Assembly: GCA_050575255.1 (NCBI GenBank)
Contig: JBNZDD010013695.1
Location: 5,526,683-5,590,682 of the forward strand
Source of the DNA: Harriotta raleighana
Lineage: Eukaryota
Direction: 5' to 3'
Length of the DNA stretch: 64,000 bases
The notes under the pieces were generated by a model. It searched no databases, was not told the origin of the DNA, and saw only the letters and a program-made list of their open reading frames with translations. Of the stretch, positions 50,461 to 61,997 are shown one piece after another. The position numbers and the translations under genes were made by a program. How positions within the stretch are numbered: the first letter of the stretch is position 1; the number at the start of each line of letters is the position of its first letter.

Positions 50461-53400
50461 ATGTAAAATGCTCCAATAACAACAAACCATTGCATTTGTG
50501 TTAACTCTTACTGGTTATTGCAAGTGCATGCAAATATTATTATTTGTGAATGTTAGAAAAACGCATGTGATTATGCTCTGTAAGTCTAACATAACAGAGG
50601 GGAGGAGAGAATTCTTTACAATAAATCTATCGGGAGTTTGCATAATGGAGGGAAATTAAACTTTCCATTCATTTCTGGGACATGAGGTTGAGCCCAGGCT
50701 GAAAATTTCTCCGCTGCGTCACCTATAAGGAGTTTGCACAAAATGAGTGTGCACAGTCTTAGCCCAAGAGCAAATCTGCAGCAAAACTATTCATTATTTG
50801 GCAGCAATTAGTGATAAGCTGTTAGGTTTACTCAGAGCTGATGTGTAACAAAAGGAGCCTGTGTGCATTTCAAACTGAGATCTGGACAAGAACAATGTAA
50901 ATTTATATCTATAAATGTAATTTTTGTTCTTTGTTGTTGTTCACACCCACACTACATCTCAAAATGCTTCACACAGCTGACTGTAAGCCTAAACTGGAGG
51001 GAGTTTGAGTGGTGGTGGGAGTGGGGAAGGTGGCTAAAAGTATGTTCCAAAAGATTAATCTTTAAGGTGGGCTTTGAAGACAAAATTAGTAAGGCAGAGG
51101 GTCTCTAGGATGGATTTCTGGAAAGAGGGGTCACAATGGCTGAACGTTCAACCACCATAATTGCAGTAGAATGGACTGGTCACATGAAGCAAAACATTTT
51201 AGATGTGACACTTTGCATTTATTCACTAAAAATATTTTAGTCGGGATCTGTAGAAATGATTGTTGAACTAATAGAATTGTAACCTGCGTGCTGAGAATAT
51301 CAAATAACCCTCCCCCACACCGATCCCTCCTCCCCCATCTCCTCCCTTACCCCCCCACACACTCTCCAATTTGACACTCACCCAGTCATTTGCTCTCATT
51401 TACTATGAACAGTAATCTCTGCCGAGCCTTTAATAAATAGGTTTAGTTAATGCTTCACGATAGGTGGTACCCAGGTGACTGCAAAAATAAGACTCGACAC
51501 AATGGAATCTAATCTCATGCAATAGATAGATTAACTTCAATTTAACCCCTATGGAAATAGATTTAACGTTTAAACTTTTAATCTTTGTGTCATGTGCAAA
51601 AAAAGTAAGACGGGATCTGCAACTCCTTTCATGAAGATGGTCACTCAATCTATGACTGTTTGTGGATTCATTATCTGCTGTGCGCAATTGCCTGTCACAT
51701 TTTGCCCACAAAATACAGAGCCAATTCACTTTACAACATATTCCATGAAGCGCTTTGAGACAGCTCAACGACTTGATAAGGTACTATACTAAATGCAAAG
51801 ATTCTTATTATTTTTATTATTGTTGAGAAGATAGATGAGACATCAAGCAAGGGGTCTTTGGTTTTTCCTAAGAAGTTTATTTACTGTTCTGCTGAGGACT
51901 GAAACCAATTGATCGGTCAACATTGCCACCAGAAACATCAGATAGTTACCCGAAAGGAAGGGGCTGATGTTATTCATCAACACAGCCTGTGTACGTATGC
52001 ACAATTTCTCTCAATGACTAAAGATGACAGAGTCATTTGGAGGATTTATGTAGATATGATTAATCTTGCATATCTCCAGAATTTTACTTGTACCTTTAAA
52101 TCAAAGTGATGTGTGCAATATTTTATGGTAAGATGGTTAGGTGCATGCAGATAGATAGCATTCTCACCTGATATAGTTTATTTAGCTGAATAGAGAGAAT
52201 ATATCAATATGTCAATCCCCTCAGTAATTATAGTTTCTCCTTTGTCAGACTGTTTGGCTCTTCTATAAAGTCACACTCTTTCTTTCCAGCTGTCTGCTCA
52301 CCAGTGTTTAGTCGATTTAATTCATGTGCAGCCAGTAATTATGCATCATTCTTACACAGAAGTATTATGGATTACTGCAATAACACATAAATGACTGTTG
52401 AGTGTAAGATTATCTAACTAAGCAATTCATCAACATTATCTGCACTGGTATATTTTGGTAGCTAGTCAAATGGATAGGAATTGTTCCCTGTTGTGTTTGC
52501 GGTTTGACTTAATTTTTCCAAATCAGAATATTTTCACTTGTACACAACAGTCGCTGACTAAATTCTTAATCTATGTAACTGTTTAAACTACGTAACACAA
52601 AGATTCCCCAAATAATTTTCAAGTAACTAAACAATTCCTTGTTTGAATTATCACATTCTGTGTCACAGTTAGAGTCAAGATAGATGCAGTTCTAGCCTTT
52701 GAATCAGATTGCGAGTTCAAACTCTGTCAGGATTTTGAACTCATATAGTTGAGAGTATGAGGGTACATAGAGTTTGTTGTAATTAGCCCCCTCCACCCCT
52801 CCAGCGAGGCGGCGCCTCTTGGTCCTTAAAGATTAAGGATTTTGAGATGATTTGTTGATGTGTGAAGGAGCCACATCAAACGCANCGCCTCTTGGTCCTT
52901 AGAGATGAAGGATTTTGAGATGATTTGTTGATGTGTGAAGGAGCCACATCAAACGCAAGGATTATGTTTGATTAAAACTTGAGATTTCATCAGCTGCAGT
53001 GATTCACTCCTTTTGAGTTCTGTCCTTTTCTGTCTCTCTCTTATAATATTAATAATAATAATCCCTATATTTGATACAGAGCATTAACACATTGCTAAGT
53101 CGTCTTGAAACTCTTCACAGAACATGTTTTAAAATGGATTGATAGAGTATTTTGTGGGAAAAATATATTAAAAATGCAATGTTTATTATTATAACAGAGC
53201 AGACAATTATGTTTGTTTTCATCTCTAATGCCTCAGATTCTCTGCGCCGTGACCTGCCGATGAGTCACTGTTGCTGGTTTATTTGATAATGAAATCAACA
53301 AAGGTCTTGCCGAAGAGTCAAGAACCTCTGTATTATTCCACCTGTCCTTGACTTCTGGCTCCCAAGATTCTCTCCACAACTCACAGACCATACAAAGCCC

Positions 53401-53964
53401 AGCAGCAGATGGGATGGGGAAGTTGGGAGGTGTTCTGCAACCACAACGGCCAAAAGCAAGCCCCTATGAGGCTGACAATTTAACGGAATTGAACCTTGAA
53501 TGCCCGCCAGTAACACAAACGCACTTTTCGTTCTTTTCTTCCTCAAAGGACCAGCGATAGAAAATTGACGTGGAGAATTGACGTGGAATATATGGAGGAG
53601 AGTAAATTGGCAACTCTAAACTGTCGAATTCCTTTTTGCTTTGTCTGATGCGCTGTCGGCCAGCATTCCTGCTTCTCCCACTTTCTTGCTGGGAAAGGAA
53701 TCAAGCTTGTTCCTGGGTTGGATCAAGTTTGGTTGTGACAGCCCAGCGGCTGAACTGTCTGCGGATGCTCACCATACAGGGTGTGAAATTCAACCTAGTC
53801 CAAGCCCACAGCACCATTTTGCTTCAGAACATTAGTTTTAAGTTAGTTCACATTAAAAAAACAGCTTGGAAATTCAGGTGGAAGAATTTTCCATAGTTCT
53901 ACTCAATGTTGAATTTTAAGGCTAAATGGTCTTACATGATTCATCTATTTCTTCCGAGGAAAAA

Positions 53965-54425
53965 TTCAACATCATGGACGTGGATGACACCCAACTCTAC
54001 CACTCTGCCTCCACCCTCGATTCCAGGACAACTGACTTCTTGACAGACTGACCTCCACACATTAGACATTGGTAGCATCAGCATCCACAGATGCACGCTC
54101 ACCAAGCCAGTCAGGAATCTGGGCGTTTCGTTCAACCCTCAAGTGTCCTTTCTCCCCTATATCCATGCCATGACCAACACTGCCTTCCACCACCTCCACA
54201 ACATTGCCCGACTCCGCCACTGCCTCACTCCTCAGGCCGCCGAAACCTTCATACATGCATATGTTACCTCAAAGATCAACTACGGAAACTCCCTTCTTGT
54301 CGGTCTCCCAACTCTTCACTCCACAAGTTGCAAATCATCCAAAATTCTGCGGCTCATGTACTCTCCCACACCAGGCTCCATGACCAAAACATCACCCCGA
54401 CCCTTGCTCGGCTCCACTGGCTTCA
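53965..54425 (+). mobile_element. L2 RT C-terminal fragment
   Basis: DDTQLY at ~53985; HNIARLRHCLTPQAAETFIHAYVTSKINYGNSLL. Confidence 0.9.
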
Positions 54426-54743
54426 ATTTTAACAGCTTTGAAAAAGTACTGAGTCAGAGAGGGGACAAGGGAACAGAATTAGCATATAGTTGGAATGAGC
54501 TGACCACTGAATCTTCCTGAGTTAATGACTTATTACAGATAGTGGTAATTCAGATCCTTTCACCCTTAAAATCAGTGACTCATTAATATCAGTTTTACCT
54601 GATGGTATGCTTAGCATTTTTATTACGTGACCAATTGGTTTTGACACTCAGAGAGAAATGGAGTGACTTTAATGTAAATTTTTCCATTCTGATTTATTTG
54701 AGTTAAAACAAAAGCTAAAAATAATCAGAAACTGTGGAATAAA

Positions 54744-55030
54744 TAACAACAAAATTACACTTGTATAGTGCCTTTCATGTCAGGAGGATGTCCCAAAGGC
54801 ACTGGACAGTCCTTGTTTCAGACACAAGCTGGGGACAGGGAGGGTGGAGGGAAAAGTGGGGTATTTAGAGTGACAGATGGGACCGTCGAAGAGGAGGGTC
54901 TTGAGGCAGAACTTGAAGGAGACCAGAGAGGGAGCGAGGTGGAGGCATTGCGGCCTGGAGTTCCAGAGGTTGGGGGTAGAGTGGCTAAAGGCTCACCTAC
55001 CAATGGTGGAGCGGATGGGTCAGGGGAAGG
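54744..55030 (-). mobile_element. L2 3' end
   Basis: (CAA) tail, hairpin and 3' ORF remnant. Another copy lies at ~59160-59560 (-). Confidence 0.8.
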
Positions 55031-58000
55031 CTATGTAAGCAATAAAATACAATACGCATAAGAAGCTGGAATAAAAAGTGTTGAATTCTGCCAACAAAAT
55101 AGAATATATAATGCGCTTTGCGATGTTTCAAAGATGTGAAAAGGCTCTATATCAAATACTTGGATTATTATTATTTATTTACAATATCCCTGCAATGTTT
55201 TGGATAAGAAAGATCCTTCAACCTATTTAATCTCTTCCTTCCAATGTTCCCATACTACCATCTTCTCATTCCAGCATCAAGCTGTTTCTTATTCATTCAA
55301 TGTCCTCAACACAACATGAAACTATCAAGCTGCCAATGTAATTGCCGTCCTCATTAAATGTTTTAGATTTCACACAGAGTGAATTCCTTGACCGCTTGAC
55401 CACATTTTAGTTGTTATCGTGTCATTTTGTTATTGTTGTCAACGCCTTTCATTTGTATAATGCCCAGCTGTAAGAAAAATAAGACTTTCTGTGCCTCTGC
55501 ATAAACTGCATCCCCCTTCCCAAGGATAAATGTTCTCAACCTTATCTGGAGGATCGTTATCCATTACACCGGTAGAAACTCCACCGAACTCACTATTATT
55601 CTACTAGAAAAAAATTATATCTAATGTGTACAACACCAAACGAGTGGTTAGTTTGTTCAAAACATGTCTGATGGGCTCAGTTGGTAGCATTCTGAGTGAG
55701 AAGGTTGAAAGAATGGATGAAGATTTAAATAATTCAAATAGAATGTATTTGTCATTTCATAATACAAAAAAACTAATTGTTTTGACTGTGAAAATAGTGC
55801 ATCTGATTATAAGAAAGGTTATCAGTGATTTGGACCAACAAGGAAAAGTTTGAAGTTATTGAGGAGGGAGGCTCATAAGTGAAACCAAGTATTTTATAGG
55901 TGGCAAATAAAACAAAATCAATATACAGTATTAGAAATGAATGTTGCATCCTGTGGACAACTGTTGTCATTTGTTGACAGATTTACACACCTTAAATATT
56001 TTATTCAGGATTATTGATCAAGGACGTAAAACCCAATGAGGAAGCAAAGGTACATTTTTGTAAGGCAAAACAAATGCAGACTGTACAAAGATTACCCACA
56101 GAGTGTGAGTGACATTCAGCCGGAAACCATAAAATCAGATATCAAATACAAGAATTATTATTATGAATTTAGTCTTAACTCTGCGCAATATTCCAGAAAA
56201 TTCCTAAATTCAGTCTTAACTTGGAAGCCCATTTATTTTTAAGAACCAGATACTGGTTTTTTATATACAAATATTAAAATAATTTGAATGTTGCCCTCTG
56301 CAACAAAGGATGACACTACTATGATACACTGTTCGTGGGCATCAGACAAGGCCACAAACTCATTGCACCCTATATTAAACCCTCAGACAGTTAGTTGAAT
56401 GCTTTTTAACATACACTCTGGAAAAAATAGGTTTTGATAGTCCAAGAGGCCTTTACTTATTGCATTTCTTGATTGTTAAGGGTTACACACTACTGAGGCC
56501 TTGTAGTGCGGATCTTGTGTGCTCTCCTTAATCCCTTTAATCAACTGAGTGATGACTGCAAAGTTGTTTTATTATCTCTAATAAGAAATCAAGCAAAGCA
56601 CCAGGATATTCTGTCATTGCAAACATTTAAGATAACTTGCTAACAGGCGTGTAGAATAAGGAAGCAAAGCAAGTGCTCTAACCACTGAGTTACTGAACTG
56701 AATTGTTACCAATGAATAATAGATGCAATCTCAAAAGCCCTCAGCTCGCAACTTTATTCTTCAGAATTTCATATAATTATAGAATCTTACGGCACAAAAG
56801 GAGGCCATTTGGCCCATCGAGTCTCTTTAAAAGAGCAACTCATAACAACTCCACAGCTCTCTCCCATTATCTACGCAAACCTGTCCTCCCCAAATAAATG
56901 TCTGCCTTTTTTAAAAACTTGTTTTGCTGATTGGCACTGATCCTTTTCAAAGATTAAAAGTGTTCTCTTGTAAACTTTCTTTTAACATTTCTTGATGAAC
57001 TTCACATTCTATTTTAGTCATCTGCGTGCTCACTGCCCAAGACTTCTCGTGTACAATTACTAGATGCCTTCAACTCCTAAACCAGCAGAGATCAATGAAT
57101 ATTCTAATGCTGTGCTGACTCACAACTTTAAAAGTGAAGTAATCCCAAAACTAACTGCAAATAGAATGTGCATCGTGTGATTTTCTGTAAAGTGTTGTGA
57201 CTGGGAATTTGTAGGCGAACACTGAAGTCAACTTGCACACAATAATAACATTTGTACACACAGCCATGAAGCGAATGAGCAATTTTATTTGGGGGATTGT
57301 TGGTCAGGACNTTTGCACACAATAATAACATTTGTACACACAATCAGCCATGAAGCGAATGAGCAATTTTATTTGGGGGATTGTTGGTCAGGACAAGAAA
57401 TGCCTTCTCCTTTACAGTAGCATCATGGGATTTTTAATGTCCACCTGAATAAGCAGGTGGGACTTTGGTTTAACATCTTTCCTGAAGGATAGGATGGGAA
57501 GGGTGAGAACCTGGGGTTCTTATCTTTCCCCCATTTTTCTCTTTGATCCTGTCTTCTGTTTTCCTTCCAAAATCATACGGCTTCTCCTTCTTGGAAAGTT
57601 TTTTCCATCTGTAGCTCTGCCCTTGTTTCTTCCAATTTCTTTGTCACTGTACCTGTGGTCTCAATTAGTCTTGCATTAAACCTCTCTTTCCAAACATTTC
57701 TTCCGTCCAACTATTTCTTCCATCTCCCTTGGTTCACTTTCCTCTAATTTCACATTCCCAATTCTTTTAAACATACCCATTTTTATTACTGTATATCTTC
57801 CAATCCCAATAAAGGTTTGACTTTTATTTCTACAATGTAGAATGGTGTACAGTGGTCTTGATAGCTGCACATACCTTGGTACGGCATTTAATGTGTACAG
57901 ATAGATGCCACTTAATGTCGTAGTTTGATTCTTCAAAAAGTGAGACTTTAAGCAAAACAACTCCCAGGTTCTAGCACCATAATGCCACCTTTCCACCCGC

Positions 58001-58142
58001 TGGCGAACAATGTAATAGAGAAAGTCGCAACATGAAATGAATATATGTCCCCAATGTAATAGCAATGTAATAACGTAAAAACGTTAACCAAAGCGACGTT
58101 AAGTTGTATTGCCTTTAGTAGTCTGATTCACTCCAGGTTCCA

Positions 58143-58250
58143 TTCTCACCTCTGACACCATGTAATGTTTTTAATCCAAACCACAATGTAGATTCTTTAT
58201 TTCCAACTTTACAAATCAACCTCTTTCAAATCTGTCAGTCACTTTCCCAG
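58143..58250 (-). mobile_element. LTR 3' end plus tRNA-Leu primer binding site of a Gypsy-like element
   Basis: Minus strand AATAAA (58201-58196) ...aaacattaCA|TGGTGTCAGAGGTGAGAATG. 15/18 match to the tRNA-Leu(CAA) 3' end as recalled; resembles the junction at 36564-36595. Confidence 0.65.
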
Positions 58251-58401
58251 AATTCTTTTATCCTTGTATCTTCCATTTTCAATTGCCATTTAGGTCCTTA
58301 GGTGTGATGTTAATTATGCAGATGACACCGATCTCTATCTCTCTCCCTAAACTTGTCCTTGAGCACGATAAAAGGAAGCCAAAAACAAAGGTAGACAGAT
58401 T

Positions 58402-58762
58402 TGTGGAGTCCTATAGCTCAGTAGTTAGGAGCACTCACCGCACAAGCAAAAGACCTGGGTTCAATTCTCGGACAGGGCAAAATGTTGGGCAAGTTTCCTT
58501 GCTCCACACACCTCTGTTTACCTAGCAGTAAGTAGGAACCTGGTTGTTAGTCGATTGAGGGCTTTCTTTTCTGGGGTTAATAATCACTCATAAAAATAAT
58601 AATTTGGTCACTCCATTCACGACTGCTGTGTGCAGTTAGCTACCGTGTTTTGCCCACAGATATCCAGTCAACTCACTTTACAGTATATTCTGTGAAGTGC
58701 TTTGTGATGTTTAAAAGACATGAAAAGCACTATATCAAATGCAACGGTTATTATTATTATTA
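58402..58762 (+). mobile_element. tRNA/CORE-like/Deu-tail SINE (long form), full length
   Basis: Head, ttgggcaagtttcc...cctctgtttacctagcagtaagtaggaacctggttgttagtcgattg, Deu-type 3' part and (TTA)n tail. Confidence 0.88.
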
Positions 58763-59949
58763 CTTTTAAAGCAATATTGCGATACAGTGTTATACATAGG
58801 GTGATATAGTGGAAAAATTCCATTTGCGGCCACATTCTGCTCTCTGTGCTCAACAGCGAGAGGAATTCTGTGACAGTGTTTTCATATTGTAAAATAATAA
58901 AGCCAGCATTACTTTTACAAGTTTGGTGTGCCTTAAAAGGAAAGCAAAATTATTGGGGCTGACAGTCGCAATTTGTATTTCATAGTTTTTAATTTGTATG
59001 TAATTGTAAACAATGTAAAATATTTGTTTCACAGAACAATACGTGCTTTGTGGTAAGAATCCCCCAGCACAATGCAAATCATAGGGAAACAAACTTGTTG
59101 AGCCTGAAAATGGTCTAACTCAATAGACTACAATACAAAAAAATATATATATCGGAGGACATCACCAAGTTAGAGGGTAGAGGACAGGGAAGGCAGAAGG
59201 GATGGGCAAAAGCGCAGTCGAAGAGTTTTTGAGAAGCTCCTTGAAGGAGGAATGGAAAGGTGCGAGGTGTAGGGAATGTAGGATGGAATTCCAAATGGTA
59301 GAGACAAAGAGGCTGAAGGTCCAACCACTGATGGGCAAGGCCGGGCCAGGCAGGGGGCATGGAACAGGCCACAGACTGTTGAGCAGAGGGAGCAGAAAAA
59401 TTGGTCAGCAGGTCACAGAGGTCACAGAAGCAGAAAGCAGCAAGGCCATGGATAGCCTTGAAGGTGAGGATGAGGATTTTAAACTCCATCCTCAAGGGGA
59501 TGGGGAGCCAGTAGAGCCGGACAATGGTGGGATTATGGAGCTTGGTGCAGCAGAGGATGCGAGTTACAGACGTCGATAAAATGTGAAAAGCACTACGTCA
59601 AATACAATGATTATTGCATTTAATAAATAATAAATGATTATTTATTATCCTTCATCCACTCCCTTGCTCCCTTTGCTTCTCATAAGCCTCCTGATCTCAG
59701 GGTATCTGACATTATTTATTCAGAAACTTCTATTTCCACTTTGCATGTTTGAGTGATTGTAGATGTGGATAAACCGGGTGAAGCATACAGATGTTTTTTT
59801 TACTGATCCAAAGTGCTCCACATTTCTGTCATTGTTGTTCCCAAAGCACCAGAAGTCCGAAATTCAACCTACCTCTAGCCCGTGAAACTGTTCTGTTAAA
59901 ATATTGGATTTAGAATTGTGAAACACTCTTAAATTCATCCGTATTTAAA

Positions 59950-60338
59950 AGGCCATCCTTCAGATGAGTGCCAATATGAGACAAGGCCCTGTCTGCCTCT
60001 TCAGGTGGACATTGAATATTTGATGGCACTATTAGAAAAGAGAAGGGAGTTTCTCTCTTCCGGTATCCTGGCTAACAATCCCCCAAATACAATTGGTGAC
60101 TGAATCCATGGCTTTTTGTGGGACATTGCTGCATGCAATTTTCTGCCACGTTTCACCCATAAAATACACATTATTAGAATTATTATTCCCCCAGAAAATA
60201 TACAGTCAATTCATTTTATGGTACAATATATTCTGTGAAGTGTTTTGAGGCATCACAACACCAATCATAAAATTACATTTGTAAAGTACCTGACGTGTTA
60301 AGACATTGTGTCAAATGCAAGGATTCTTCTTATTATTT
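59950..60338 (+). mobile_element. Deu-domain SINE
   Basis: ccttcagatgag...ggccctgtctgcctcttcaggtggac...tggcactatt... Confidence 0.7.
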
Positions 60339-61714
60339 TATTAATTTTTTTTAAGGAGCAGTGAAAAATAGGCTAAATAACAAGTTATATTTATATAACG
60401 TCCTTCACGTGAGGCAGCTTCTCTGACCGCTTGAGAAATTAAGGTGGAATTGAATAATTTTTTCACTAATCTTAAACATTGAAGTGAAATGATCTTAAAT
60501 TTGCTTATTATGTTTATCGACATTGTTTGGTTTCAAAATAATTTACATTGGTAACTCAACTCGTTACAGATAGAGATAAAATGAGTGGGCAAAACCAACA
60601 GAAAAAACTAGGCCGAACGGCCTTCTCCTGGTTTTGTGGGTTGGACAAACCCTTAATTGTTTGCTACAAATGTCTCATAAAGCTCTATGTGAAACTGTTT
60701 GTGGTTGTTTCACTTGATTGTGTTCTTGACACCAGGAGTTGCAGATATGCTTTGCTCAGGCACAAATGTTCTGACAGGAAATGTCACTCTGATGTGGGCT
60801 CAGCATAGAGCTAGCCGATGGTGATCATAAGCTTTCAACTGTTACTTAGGCCTTGATTGAGCCCTTTGGAGCAGGTCATCTAGCGAACAAAACAAAAAAT
60901 AAATAGCAGCACAATATCCATCAGAACTATACTATCTCCAAGAGTCAGCAATATGGACACAAGGTTATTTAAGCCATTTCTGTCATTTCCAGTACAGCTG
61001 ATTATATCACATCCTGCCCTCTTGACAGGGAACATTTCACTGGTAGGAGATTGTAATCTAATCTAGTAATATTATCGTTACTGCTGGAGCTGCAGAAAAT
61101 ATTTGGATGCAAATTCAAGGCAAAATGAATATTGCAGAATGTTGACAATTCAAAGGACACCAGAACTCAAACTGCGGGAAGATAATAAGTTATGTTTTAG
61201 CAACACATTTTTAAAATACTTCCCTAAACTGTATTGTCCATTCAGGTAAAAAAAAGTATAAATTCTGCTTAATTACACAAAACAAAGTACATTCACCACA
61301 CATCAGCTTCACCAACGATCCCATAAATATCTAGTCAATACAAATTTACATGTAAAATAATCTGTAAATGAGTGTTGTGTGCAAGATGGTAAACAATCCC
61401 CAACTATAATTGTTTCCATTTTTAAACAACTGAGAGTAATCAGGCTTTAACCGCCACCTGTCTGCAAAATATGGAGTCACACAGTGTAACTCTTCCCTGG
61501 ATTATCATGGGAGCTCCCAGGTTCGGTTCCAGGTGGGTCTAAACCATAGAAACGTTTACCAGTTACTTTCCAGTAGTAAGAATATGGTTGTTAGTTGATT
61601 GGCAGATCAATTTCTGGGGGTAATAATCCCTCTCAAGACAAAACTTTGTCACTCAATCCGCAATTGTTTGTGGGACATTGCTGTACGCAATTTGTTGTCG
61701 CATTTCACCCAAAA

Positions 61715-61997
61715 TAATAATAATTCATGGATTTGATATAGCGCTTTTCACATCTTATCAATGTCTCGAAGCGTTCCACAGAATATACTGTAAAGTAATT
61801 GACTGTATATTTGTGGCCAAAACACGGCAGCCAATTGCGCACAAACAGTCATGAATTCAAATGACCAATTTTTATGATTGTGTTTTTTTTGGGATGGATT
61901 ATTATCAGACGTGTGGAGTAAGGAAACTTGCCCGAGGTTTCGCCCTGATCTGCCTGGATTTCTCACACGCAGGGGAGTGCACTGCAGGAGCTCCACA
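61715..61997 (-). mobile_element. tRNA-headed SINE with B-box deletion, tail-to-tail with a long-form copy (~61472-61714 +)
   Basis: Same ggatt|tctcaca deletion as the copy at 50170-50460. Confidence 0.85.

Noticed and set aside
59033-59047. GRE-like AGAACAataCGTGCT (and AGAACAgagTGATCC near 12024)
   Set aside because: Imperfect palindromes of this quality are expected by chance in 64 kb, even though ADRB2 is glucocorticoid-inducible in mammals.
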